Sequence record: DRR723986_6729
Length of the DNA stretch: 48,665 nucleotides
Strand: one strand, 5' to 3'
In this document: piece after piece, positions 39,401 through 48,665 of the stretch
Layout: every line of letters begins with the position of its first letter
Numbering within the stretch: the stretch's first letter is position 1
Notes under the pieces: model-generated
The model's input: the letters and a program-made list of their open reading frames with translations, nothing else
Told to the model about the DNA's origin: nothing
Databases searched by the model: none
Translations under genes and position numbers: made by a program

Positions 39401-40096
39401 ATGATCAACAAAACTGTAAAGAATGCACGTGAAGCAGTAGCAGATATCCCCAGCAACTGTATGCTGATGATGGGAGGTTTTGGCTTGACAGGCATACCGG
39501 AAAACTGTATTTCAGCTCTTTTACAAAGAGATATTTCTGGTTTGACTATTGTATCAAACAATGCTGGAGTGGATGATTTTGGAATCGGGCTTCTTCTCAA
39601 AAAACACATGGTAAAGAAAATGATCTCAAGCTATGTGGGAGAAAATGCTGAGTTCGAGCGACAATTACTCAGTGGCGAATTAGAAGTGGATTTGATACCC
39701 CAGGGCACTCTAGCAGAACGTGTCCGTGCAGGAGGAGCAGGAATCCCCGCATTTTTCACCCCCGCTGGAGTGGGAACTGAAGTAGCAGAAGGAAAAGAAA
39801 TCCGGGAATTTGATGGAAAAATGTACTTGCTGGAAAGCTGGTTGAAAGCAGATTTCTCTATTGTGAAAGCTTGGAAAGGTGATACAGCAGGGAATTTAAT
39901 TTTTAAAGGAACAGCGAGAAATTTTAATCCTATGATGGCTGCTGCCGGAAAGATTTGTATCGCGGAAGTGGAAGAACTTGTAGAAGCCGGTGAACTCAAT
40001 CCGAATGAGATTCATACTCCTGGTATATACGTTCAGCGTATTTTTCAGGGAAAAGATTACGAAAAGAGAATTGAGCAAAGAACAGTCTCAAAATAG
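39401..40096 (+). CDS. scoA: 3-oxoacid CoA-transferase subunit A
   Basis: [35 protein letters not shown]. Confidence 0.92.
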   Translation: MINKTVKNAREAVADIPSNCMLMMGGFGLTGIPENCISALLQRDISGLTIVSNNAGVDDFGIGLLLKKHMVKKMISSYVGENAEFERQLLSGELEVDLIPQGTLAERVRAGGAGIPAFFTPAGVGTEVAEGKEIREFDGKMYLLESWLKADFSIVKAWKGDTAGNLIFKGTARNFNPMMAAAGKICIAEVEELVEAGELNPNEIHTPGIYVQRIFQGKDYEKRIEQRTVSK

Positions 40097-40150
40097 CTTT
40101 CTTAAAGTTTACCTTCTCGAAATTACCCAGAGCCCTAAAACAAACCCAAA

Positions 40151-40810
40151 ATGCTTACAAAAGATCAAATAGCCCAAAGAATCGCAAAAGAAGTGAAGAA
40201 TGGGCAATACATAAATTTAGGAATAGGAATCCCCACACTCGTAGCTAATTACATTCCGGAGAAATTGGAAGTAGTGCTACAGTCTGAAAATGGCTTATTG
40301 GGAATTGGACCTTTCCCTACCGAAGAGCAAATCGATCCAGACCTGATCAATGCAGGCAAGCAGACCGTTACCATGGCAAAAGGCTCTGCCCTTTTCAATT
40401 CAGCAGAATCTTTCGCTATGATTAGGGGCGGGCATGTTCACTTGACGATCCTTGGCGCTATGGAAGTTTCCGAAAATGGAGATATTGCCAATTGGAAGAT
40501 TCCAGGGAAGATGGTTAAAGGAATGGGTGGAGCAATGGACCTAGTCGCCTCTGCTGATAATATTATTGTCGCTATGCAGCATTGTTCTCGAACTGGAGAA
40601 TCCAAATTACTTTCAGAATGTACTCTTCCAATCACTGGTATACGCTGCGTTAAAAAAGTTGTAACCGATTTAGCAGTTTTGGAAGTGTCAGAAGATGAAG
40701 GCTTTATACTTAAAGAAAGAGCTCCTGGAGTTTCTGTAGAAGAAATCAAGATGAAAACTGCAGGTAAATTAATAGTTCAGGGAGATATTCCTGAGATGAT
40801 TTTTGAATAA
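40151..40810 (+). CDS. scoB: 3-oxoacid CoA-transferase subunit B
   Basis: NLGIGIPT, QSENG, GMGGAMDL. Confidence 0.92.
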   Translation: MLTKDQIAQRIAKEVKNGQYINLGIGIPTLVANYIPEKLEVVLQSENGLLGIGPFPTEEQIDPDLINAGKQTVTMAKGSALFNSAESFAMIRGGHVHLTILGAMEVSENGDIANWKIPGKMVKGMGGAMDLVASADNIIVAMQHCSRTGESKLLSECTLPITGIRCVKKVVTDLAVLEVSEDEGFILKERAPGVSVEEIKMKTAGKLIVQGDIPEMIFE

Positions 40811-40856
40811 AAGCAGTAAAAATGAACTCCAGATGCACTCATGAAGTTAACCTGAT

Positions 40857-40864
40857 TAATTTTG
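40857..40864 (+). promoter_or_regulatory. Bacteroidota -7 promoter element for gldC
   Basis: TAATTTTG about 40 nt upstream of the ATG. Confidence 0.45.
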
Positions 40865-40903
40865 TAAAATCAACACGGGATTCTAAAAGAATCAAAACAT
40901 ATT

Positions 40904-41242
40904 ATGAAAAAATCAGACATTAAGTTCGAAGTAGATTTAGACGAAAACAGCTTTCCAAAGACAATCAAATGGGACGCTTCCGATAAAGAAGGCAATGGCC
41001 TTGAAGACACTAAAAGCATTAGCCTAAATGTGTGGGACAATCAAAATCACAGTACACTTCGCATAGATTTGTGGACTGAAGAAATGTCAGTGGTAGAAAT
41101 GAAGCGTTTTTATATAGACATCTTAGGAGGCATGGCACAAACTATATTGAATAGTACTGCTGACGAATACATGTCTGAAGAAATAAAGGACCTATGTGAT
41201 CGCTTGGTTAAGCATGTTAACGAGGAGAACAAAAGTCAGTAA
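40904..41242 (+). CDS. gldC: Gliding motility protein GldC
   Basis: S.I.F.V.LDEN..P..I.W.A.D, LRIDLWT..M.V.EMK.F. Confidence 0.92.
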   Translation: MKKSDIKFEVDLDENSFPKTIKWDASDKEGNGLEDTKSISLNVWDNQNHSTLRIDLWTEEMSVVEMKRFYIDILGGMAQTILNSTADEYMSEEIKDLCDRLVKHVNEENKSQ

Positions 41243-41262
41243 GGAAGCCCAATTCCGAATTG

Positions 41263-41291
41263 AAAAACCCAGCAGATGTCTGGGTTTTTTT
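41263..41291 (+). terminator. Intrinsic terminator of gldC
   Basis: AAAAACCCAG...CTGGGTTTTTTT. Confidence 0.8.
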
Positions 41292-41441
41292 ATTTTTTAT
41301 TTTGAGAGGTAAAAAAAAAATCCATTTTTGAATTTCTAACAAAACAGGTGAGTAGTTTAAGTATTAACAATAAAGTCAATAATAATTTTTAGATTTTTAA
41401 TTGGATGACTCAGTTTCCAGATTTAACTCTATTTCACAATT

Positions 41442-41457
41442 TTTGATTCACATCAAA
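41442..41457. promoter_or_regulatory. Crp/Fnr-type palindromic operator candidate
   Basis: TTTGAT-TCAC-ATCAAA (TTGAT-N4-ATCAA) about 110 nt upstream of the TBDR. Confidence 0.4.
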
Positions 41458-41565
41458 TTCTGAATATTTTATATCAATTATTCATTTATTAGGGTAATTT
41501 TCGCGTTCTACTTAATGAATTAGCACCCTTAATTCATAAACCCACAACAATAAATAAAATAGCCT

Positions 41566-44532
41566 ATGAGCAATTTTACAATTAAAGCCAGGACAATAGT
41601 GTTCTTGTCGGCACTCTTGGTTTCCCTTTCATTTGGTTCCGCTATTGCTCAGACAATAGTCTCTGGTACCATAACAGATGCAGATACCCAAGAGACCCTC
41701 GTTGGTGTCAATATCTTGGTAAAAGGAAAGGTAATTGGAACAATTTCTGACCTTTCAGGTAAGTATTCTCTGAATGTAAATCAAGATCCTCCATTAACCT
41801 TGGTTTTCTCTATGGTAGGATACAATACGCAGGAAGTTGATATTACATCAGCACAATCCACTGTAAATATCCAACTCGAAGAAACTGCCATCCTTGGACA
41901 GGAAGTAGTTGTTTCTGCTTCCAGAGTTGAGGAAGGTGTATTACAATCACCAGTTTCTATTGAGAAAATGGATATCATCGCAATCCGTGATGCCCCACAA
42001 GCGAGTTTCTACGATGCAATTAATAATTTGAAAGGCGTAGAAATGAGTACACAGTCTCTCCTATTTAAATCATTCAATACCCGAGGATTTAATGCAAATG
42101 GAAATGTGAGAACTGTCCAGTTAATCGATGGAATGGATAACCAAGCCCCAGGATTGAATTTTTCTGTAGGCAACATAGTGGGGATCTCAGAATTAGACCT
42201 TGAAAGTGTTGAGCTCCTTCCTGGTGCTTCTTCTGCGCTTTATGGTCCAAATGCTATCAATGGAATATTATTAATGAATTCAAAAAGCCCATTCCTGTAT
42301 CAAGGACTATCTGCCAGCGTGAAGACAGGGATAATGGACGAAAGTAGTAGATCAACACCATCAACTGGCTTTTATAACTTCAGCGCTAGATATGCAAAAG
42401 CGATAAGCGATAAGTTTGCCTTTAAGTTGAATTTTGAATACCTGAAAGCTGATGATTGGCAAGCAAACGACTTCAGAGATCAATCCTTATTGAATGGCTC
42501 TACTATTGAAAGTGGAAATACACTAAATAATCCAGCCTACAATGGCGTAAATGTCTATGGAGATGAGACCAACGTAAACATGTTTTCTGTAGCCCAGTCC
42601 ATGGTTGCAGTTGGAGCACTTCCACAAGCTGCTTTAGGGCTTATACCAAGCACTGCAGTTTCAAGAACAGGTTATATGGAGAGAGACATCGCCGACTATG
42701 GTACTAAATCAGTAAAGCTAAATGCTGCTCTGCATTACAGAATCAACGATAATATCGAAGCTGTACTTCAGGGTAATTTAGGTTTTGGTACAACAGTTTA
42801 TACTGGCGCAGACCGATATTCACTGAAAGATTTCACGATGGGTCAATATAAGGCCGAACTAAGAGCTTCTAATTGGTATTTAAGAGCATATACTACTCAA
42901 GAAAGATCTGGTGATGCATTTGCGGTAGGTACAGCAGCTCAAGGAATTAATGAAGCGTGGAAAGCAAGTACTCAATGGTTTCCAGAATACGTAGGAGCTT
43001 ACGCTCAGGCGGTAGGTGCTGGCATGCCAGCAGCCCAGGCACATCAAGCAGCTAGAGCTTTCGCAGATCAAGGTAGATACATGCCGGGAACTGCTGAGTT
43101 TAACAATGCACTCAAGGCAGTTACTTCAAGACCTATTCCTGGTGATCAAAATGGAGTTGGCGCTAAGTTCGTAGACAGCAGCAATCTGTACCATTTTGAG
43201 GGTTCATATAATTTTACTGATCAAATCAAGTTTGCTGAGTTTGTAGTAGGTGCTAACTATAGAATTTATGATCTGAACTCGAATGGGACAATTTTTGCCC
43301 TGACAGAAAACGGTGAGGAATACAACATCCAAGAATATGGTGGATACATTCAAGGCTCTAAAAAGTTATTAAATGATAAATTTAAATTAACGGCTTCTGC
43401 GAGATATGATAAAAATGAAAATTTTGCAGGCCAATGGTCTCCGAGAATTTCAGGAGTGTTCACTGAAGGAAATCATAACTTCCGAGCTTCTTATCAGACT
43501 GGTTTCCGTATTCCAACCAATCAAGATCAATACATAGATCTAAATACCCCTCAAGCGAGGTTAATCGGTGGATTACCTTTCTTAGCAAACCGCTATAACC
43601 TGAACACAAATAATGGTTATACACTGGCAAACGTCACCAATTATGGTGCGGCAGTTCAGCAGACCGCCCAAGATCCAGCAGTCTTACAGCAGGCAATTGC
43701 TATCGTCACTCAACAGATCCAAGCAGGACAAATCCCAGCATCTGAAGCAGAGTCTGCAATTGCACAAACTGTTGGGTTTCTAGCCGCACAAGCTAATGTT
43801 GGGCTATTGCAACCTTATGATATCAAAGAATTCAAGCCTGAAAGAGTAAAATCCTTCGAAGTTGGTTATAAAGGAATCTGGGGAACCAGACTGTTGGTTG
43901 ATGCATATGCTTATTTCAACAGATTCGAAAATTTCAATGGTAGCCAGGTTTTAGTACAGGATGCTTCTGAGGCAGGACTTGCTGGTCCAAATCCTATTAC
44001 TGGCTTAAATTTAATAGGCCTAGGCTCAGGTGGAAGAAATATTTACTCAATGCCTGTGAACAGAACTGAGGTCATCAAATCATGGGGTTGGGCAGCTAGT
44101 TTAGATTACAAACTCGCGAAAGGATATACCGTTGGTGGGAATGTGTCATACAACACTCTTTCCAACTTAGATGAATTAGCTGAAACAGGCTTCCAGCCTA
44201 GCTTCAATACTCCTGAGTACAGATATGTGTTGAATTTTGCAAATAGAGAAGTAATCGACAATTTAGGATTTGCAGTAGCGTACAGATGGCAAGGTGAATT
44301 TGCTTGGCAGTCATCTTTTGTCAATCCAGGAGTGTCTAGCCAGCAATTATCTGTAATTCCTGCTTATGGCACATTAGATGCGCAGTTGAGCTATAAAATT
44401 AAAAGCATGAAGTCAATCCTCAAAGTAGGTGGATCCAACCTTTTCAGTAAGGGATACACCCAAGCTTGGGGCAACCCGACTATAGGAACTATGTATTTTG
44501 TTAGCTTAACTTTTGACGAATTCTTGAATTAA
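41566..44532 (+). CDS. TonB-dependent receptor (stand-alone, no SusD partner)
   Basis: CarboxypepD-like N-terminal domain, VVVSASR, plug VELLPGASSALYGPNA.NG, beta-barrel C-terminus. Confidence 0.93.
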   Translation: MSNFTIKARTIVFLSALLVSLSFGSAIAQTIVSGTITDADTQETLVGVNILVKGKVIGTISDLSGKYSLNVNQDPPLTLVFSMVGYNTQEVDITSAQSTVNIQLEETAILGQEVVVSASRVEEGVLQSPVSIEKMDIIAIRDAPQASFYDAINNLKGVEMSTQSLLFKSFNTRGFNANGNVRTVQLIDGMDNQAPGLNFSVGNIVGISELDLESVELLPGASSALYGPNAINGILLMNSKSPFLYQGLSASVKTGIMDESSRSTPSTGFYNFSARYAKAISDKFAFKLNFEYLKADDWQANDFRDQSLLNGSTIESGNTLNNPAYNGVNVYGDETNVNMFSVAQSMVAVGALPQAALGLIPSTAVSRTGYMERDIADYGTKSVKLNAALHYRINDNIEAVLQGNLGFGTTVYTGADRYSLKDFTMGQYKAELRASNWYLRAYTTQERSGDAFAVGTAAQGINEAWKASTQWFPEYVGAYAQAVGAGMPAAQAHQAARAFADQGRYMPGTAEFNNALKAVTSRPIPGDQNGVGAKFVDSSNLYHFEGSYNFTDQIKFAEFVVGANYRIYDLNSNGTIFALTENGEEYNIQEYGGYIQGSKKLLNDKFKLTASARYDKNENFAGQWSPRISGVFTEGNHNFRASYQTGFRIPTNQDQYIDLNTPQARLIGGLPFLANRYNLNTNNGYTLANVTNYGAAVQQTAQDPAVLQQAIAIVTQQIQAGQIPASEAESAIAQTVGFLAAQANVGLLQPYDIKEFKPERVKSFEVGYKGIWGTRLLVDAYAYFNRFENFNGSQVLVQDASEAGLAGPNPITGLNLIGLGSGGRNIYSMPVNRTEVIKSWGWAASLDYKLAKGYTVGGNVSYNTLSNLDELAETGFQPSFNTPEYRYVLNFANREVIDNLGFAVAYRWQGEFAWQSSFVNPGVSSQQLSVIPAYGTLDAQLSYKIKSMKSILKVGGSNLFSKGYTQAWGNPTIGTMYFVSLTFDEFLN

Positions 44533-44558
44533 GATTTAACAAAAACCCAAGTTAATGA

Positions 44559-44595
44559 GGAGCTATTTCGAGATTTCGGAATAGCTCTTTTTTTT
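44559..44595 (+). terminator. Intrinsic terminator of the TBDR
   Basis: GAGCTATTTCG...CGGAATAGCTC followed by T8. Confidence 0.85.
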
Positions 44596-44973
44596 ACCTT
44601 ATGAAACTATTCACGATCAAATACCCTAGTAGAATAAAAGTTTGAATCAAATCATGACATAGCAATAAGTCTTTCATTGTGCCAGATTGGCTCTTACCGT
44701 AGCTGCACGCTTTATTTCTTCTGTTCGGATAATGTGTCTGGTAATCACCTTGGAGTACTTCCCTCCTATGCCTGGCACTACAACTATTGAGAGCAAACTA
44801 ATATAATTCTAAAGTCAGCATCCTTCCTCTTCTATAAAGTATTAGCGAAGATCACTCCGTCATCCGGACGAGGAAAAAACGTTACTATTCTCTTTGGCCC
44901 ATCTGCTTCAATTAATAGACCTTTCCTTGGAAATCAGAAGTATGAAGCTGAAACTTACCTACTGCATTAAAAT

Positions 44974-45004
44974 AAAAGGGATCCCCACACATGTGGTGAT
45001 CCCT
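44974..45004 (-). terminator. Intrinsic terminator of the HEAT/CxxCH gene
   Basis: AAAAGGGATC.CCAC..GTGG.GATCCCT. Confidence 0.7.
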
Positions 45005-45032
45005 AATGGTAGTTTAATAATAAGAAGGTTTC

Positions 45033-48000
45033 TTATTCCCATTCTTTAGTTAAGGTACTTAAGAAACTCACTAAATCTCTAATTTCCCTTTTAGACAGCA
45101 AACCTTTCATGTCAGGCATACTTGAAGGAGAATTTATTCGCTCGGCAATACTGCTATTCAATATTAAAGTATCTGGCTTAGCACCTACCTTTATGAGTAA
45201 TCCATTTTCTTTTTCTTCCATCAAAGTACCATTAACTACAGTACCGTCTTTCAACTCTAGTTGGACAAAACCATAGCCCGGAGCCAGACGCTTACTTGGA
45301 TCGATCAATGCTTCCAGCAATTCAGTCTTGGTAGCACGATTTGCGACCCCGTTCAAGTGGGGACCAGCTACGCCACCCATATCATCATATCCATGGCAGC
45401 GGATGCATTGTGCAGTTTGATTTTGGAAAAAAATATTCCTGCCGGCACGCACACTACCGCCATCCAATGCCCCGCTGTATAAAGCAACTAGGTCACCGCC
45501 AGTCCTTTCTTCTTGGATCTTCTGGTATTTAGTTTTCAAATCAGCCGAACCTGTTTCTTCTATTGCTTCCTCTAACTCTATCATCACTTCACTTGGCAAC
45601 TTATTTTTTGATAAATCATCCAAAAGTGTAGTCCAAAGTGGGAGTTCAGCCGAGTTTTCTAGATTTCCTAAACTTAACAAAGCAGCTTGCTTTTCAGCAG
45701 TAGTTCTATTTTGAATTACATCTTGGAGCAAGCTTACCATTAGATCTTGAGAAATATCTGTCTTGGTTAATAAATCTAATCCAACCACACGGACAGCTCT
45801 GGAATTATCTTTCATTGCTATCTCTATTGGTGTAGATATTGAACTTGGGTTGGCAACAGAAAGTGCAAGAATTGCCGCGACACGAACATTTTCAGATTGA
45901 TCATTTCTTAGCAGGGCAATTAGTTTAGGTTCTGCATCAGCAATCTTCAATTTCCCAATTGCTTTTACACTAGCAACTCTGATGTCTTCATTTTTATCAT
46001 TCAAAGCACCAATAAGTGTTTCTTTCACTGAAGATTGTATTGGGGCTAGATCTCTTTCCACTTCACCTCTATTTCTTCCATCTACCCGATCAAGCACCGA
46101 TGGCTTAGCCCAAGTACCCAAGGCGGCAATAGCCTCAGCTTTTAGAATAGGGTTAACATTTGGCATAGCAATGTAGGCTTTCAGATTGTCCAAAGTTTTC
46201 TGGGTACCTACTCTCAGGTTAGCACTTATTGCTCTTCTTATTAGCGGCTCGTTTTCAAACTTGGTAGTCACTAACAAATCTCCCAAGGCTGGTAAAGCAC
46301 CTTCAATAGAAAAATCATCGTTAATTGCTCTAGCAGCTTCAGTGACGATATATTCATTATTATCATCTAAGAAGGTTGCAATCCCTGGATCAGCCATCCT
46401 ACGTAGTGCTAAAACAGCACCTAGACGAACTGCATCAGAAGGGTGTGATGCAAGAGCGAGAATAGGCTCCTTCTTATTGATTCGTGCCAAAGCTAAACTT
46501 GCAGCATGCCGTAGAAATGCATCTTCATCATTATTGGCTTCCAATACTCCGATCAAGCCATTAATAGCCGGTTCATAAGCTATTCTTCCTAAAGCTTCAG
46601 AAGCAAAAAATCTTACTCTGATTTCGGGATCCGTCAATAAAGGCAAAAGAACATCACCAGCTTTAGCATATTTTATATCTCCTAGCCACTTAGCAGCTTG
46701 TGCACGAATCTCAGCATCCTGGTCCTTTAAAAGAGGGATTAGAGCATCTGCATAATCCATTTTCTCCATTCTAGCCAGTTGACTAATACCAACGATACCA
46801 TGGATTCTTGCAAACTGATTCGATTTCTGAGCAATCGCCTTCTTGAAAGCAGCCATTCCTTTATCACCTCTTTTGGCTAATTCAAATTGAGCTTTTCTCC
46901 TGATTCTCATATCCTCATCGCTTAGATACCCAAAAAGAGCATCATCGGTAAGTGTTTTGAAATCAGTTTTCATTACCTGAGCAGTGATTTTTCTAGCTTC
47001 CCAATTCGCGCCTGCTTCGTCTTCAATTTTCCATATACGACCGTAATTTTTGGTATTCCAACCTTCAATCCAATCAGCGAAATATAAAGATCCATCAGGA
47101 CCAAAGTCTAGTCCAGTTGCCAGCACTCCAGACATGATATTCTCTGTTTGAGACATTTTGAATGAAGCCCCATCAGGCTCAAGTTTAAAGGCATGAATAC
47201 CAGAGCGGGTAGGATTACCAACAAACGAAGCCACAAAGAAGGTGTTCTTCCACTTTTCAGCCAGAGCTGTTCCAGGATTAAATACCATTCCTGTCGGGCC
47301 ATTGATATAATTCTGGATTGGTGGAGTTATATAGGCAGCCTGTCCTTCATGTCTTGGGATATAAAGCTTCTCATCCATCCATACCTTATAAGTATTGTTA
47401 TCTGGATCACGGTATTTTCCGAATTGCCAGTTAGTTCTCCAGCCCGTATCTGAACCGTTCACCAGATAAACTAATCGCTCACTTTCTCCAGGATGATCTC
47501 CATCATTATCAACTGAAATCAGGTTGTTATATGCATCAAAAGTAAATTCATGGGTATTTCTTACCCCCATTGCGAAAACCTCAAAATCACTTCCATCCGG
47601 ATTTGATCTGGCCACTACTCCTCTATTGGGATACTTCCATTCGGTACCATCAGGACCAACACCATTGAATCCGATATCTCCAATCCCCCAATATATTCTA
47701 CCATCTGGGCCAACTTCTAGTCCTGACATACCATGACCACCAAATCCGACGTGGATACCATAGCCATGTGAAATAGAAACTTTCTCATCCATGATTCCAT
47801 CACCATTCTTATCACTGAGTTTCCATAAATCCGGTCCTACTCCTACAAATAGATTATCGTCCAATTTTAGCAATGCACCAGCGACATCATTTGTAACATC
47901 ACTGAAATCCTGTACCATAATTTGCGAATAATCAGCTAAGCCATCCTCGTCTTTGTCTTCCAGCCTAAAAAGTTCCTCTCTTTCTACTGTCATATCCCGC

Positions 48001-48452
48001 CAATCATGCGATCCATCACCGTTCACATCAGCTAGCCAAGTATTCTTGTCAGACATTTCTGGCGACAGCGTCTTCTGGAGAAAGGCCCTTTTATCTTCAA
48101 TAGTTTGAAGGCTGATTGACTCAATTTCCCATTCTTGATGACCTCTAATATCAAACTCAGAATTTTTCTGTCGATTGGTTCGGGTATAATACAGATTTCC
48201 ATCATCTGTTACCTGAATGGAAATAGGATCGTAGACAAGTGAGTCCACAGCCCAAAGGGATAGCTTTAATCCTGGGCTTAATGTAGCGTTAATTCCACCT
48301 TCGGCTGCTTGTACCATTGGCGCAATTTCTTCTTTAGTCAACGTGCGTTCCCGCAGATCAACTTCTTCAGTTTTACTACAAGAAATTAATACTGGGATGG
48401 CTGCAGCCAATAGTATTTTGGCGTAGTGAAGTTTAATTTTGGGTTGAGACAT
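45033..48452 (-). CDS. PVC-type membrane-bound dehydrogenase lipoprotein: beta-propeller, HEAT repeats and c-type heme (CxxCH) domain
   Basis: Lipobox LISC, GPDGRIYWGIGD/GVRN propeller motifs, many HEAT repeats, CIRCH...GP.L..PS...GY..SSMP. Confidence 0.88.
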   Translation of the reverse strand: MSQPKIKLHYAKILLAAAIPVLISCSKTEEVDLRERTLTKEEIAPMVQAAEGGINATLSPGLKLSLWAVDSLVYDPISIQVTDDGNLYYTRTNRQKNSEFDIRGHQEWEIESISLQTIEDKRAFLQKTLSPEMSDKNTWLADVNGDGSHDWRDMTVEREELFRLEDKDEDGLADYSQIMVQDFSDVTNDVAGALLKLDDNLFVGVGPDLWKLSDKNGDGIMDEKVSISHGYGIHVGFGGHGMSGLEVGPDGRIYWGIGDIGFNGVGPDGTEWKYPNRGVVARSNPDGSDFEVFAMGVRNTHEFTFDAYNNLISVDNDGDHPGESERLVYLVNGSDTGWRTNWQFGKYRDPDNNTYKVWMDEKLYIPRHEGQAAYITPPIQNYINGPTGMVFNPGTALAEKWKNTFFVASFVGNPTRSGIHAFKLEPDGASFKMSQTENIMSGVLATGLDFGPDGSLYFADWIEGWNTKNYGRIWKIEDEAGANWEARKITAQVMKTDFKTLTDDALFGYLSDEDMRIRRKAQFELAKRGDKGMAAFKKAIAQKSNQFARIHGIVGISQLARMEKMDYADALIPLLKDQDAEIRAQAAKWLGDIKYAKAGDVLLPLLTDPEIRVRFFASEALGRIAYEPAINGLIGVLEANNDEDAFLRHAASLALARINKKEPILALASHPSDAVRLGAVLALRRMADPGIATFLDDNNEYIVTEAARAINDDFSIEGALPALGDLLVTTKFENEPLIRRAISANLRVGTQKTLDNLKAYIAMPNVNPILKAEAIAALGTWAKPSVLDRVDGRNRGEVERDLAPIQSSVKETLIGALNDKNEDIRVASVKAIGKLKIADAEPKLIALLRNDQSENVRVAAILALSVANPSSISTPIEIAMKDNSRAVRVVGLDLLTKTDISQDLMVSLLQDVIQNRTTAEKQAALLSLGNLENSAELPLWTTLLDDLSKNKLPSEVMIELEEAIEETGSADLKTKYQKIQEERTGGDLVALYSGALDGGSVRAGRNIFFQNQTAQCIRCHGYDDMGGVAGPHLNGVANRATKTELLEALIDPSKRLAPGYGFVQLELKDGTVVNGTLMEEKENGLLIKVGAKPDTLILNSSIAERINSPSSMPDMKGLLSKREIRDLVSFLSTLTKEWE

Positions 48453-48531
48453 AGGTTAATTTTATTATTCCAATCTTGAAAGTAATAAAATTAAAAATGG
48501 CTTTTAAGCCATTAATCAAAAAGGCTAATAA

Positions 48532-48564
48532 AACAAAATCCCGACCAGAGATCGGGATTTTGTT
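48532..48564 (-). terminator. Hairpin/terminator downstream of the tRNA
   Basis: AACAAAATCCCGA...TCGGGATTTTGTT. Confidence 0.7.
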
Positions 48565-48633
48565 CACTTTAACCACTAACAACCATAAAACAAAAATAAG
48601 ATAAGACTAAGCTGCTATAAAGCTCTTAGGTCT

Positions 48634-48665
48634 TGGTAGTCGGTACGGGAATCGAACCCGTGTTT
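48634..48665 (-). tRNA. 3' part of a tRNA (likely tRNA-Glu), truncated by the window end
   Basis: Minus strand reads AAACACGGGTTCGATTCCCGTACCGACTACCA: T-arm, acceptor stem 3' strand and CCA. The anticodon is outside the window, so identity is inferred from resemblance. Confidence 0.85.

Overview
AT-rich chromosomal window from a Bacteroidota (gldC, TAnnTTTG-type promoters and TonB receptors point to a Cytophagales/Cyclobacteriaceae-like organism; inference). It is mostly core and metabolic DNA: crtA-like gene, a frameshifted M28 peptidase, hrpB, a bVLRF1 (Vms1-like) release-factor homologue, GH29 fucosidase, an iron-box-controlled TonB receptor plus lipoprotein pair, a complete arginine operon (GNAT-argG-argC-argD-argF'-argB-argE-argH), SulP plus carbonic anhydrase, SAM riboswitch-metY-metX, pdeM-ftsX-uppP-truB-ribF-scoAB-gldC, a second TonB receptor, a HEAT/CxxCH dehydrogenase and the 3' end of a tRNA. 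No CRISPR array, integrase or transposase was seen. The most interesting signals are missing from the ORF track. (1) Two short upstream ORFs end in the amino acids made by the downstream operon: an Arg-tailed 39-aa leader before the arg operon, and a 25-aa leader ending Met-Cys placed directly after a SAM riboswitch. (2) A diverged, structured 100-140 nt dispersed repeat occurs at 1-99 and 10355-10495. (3) A 51-aa zinc-ribbon membrane protein is unannotated. (4) Three 7-nt-periodic tracts lie between argC and argD. All family calls come from motif recognition by eye, not from database searches.
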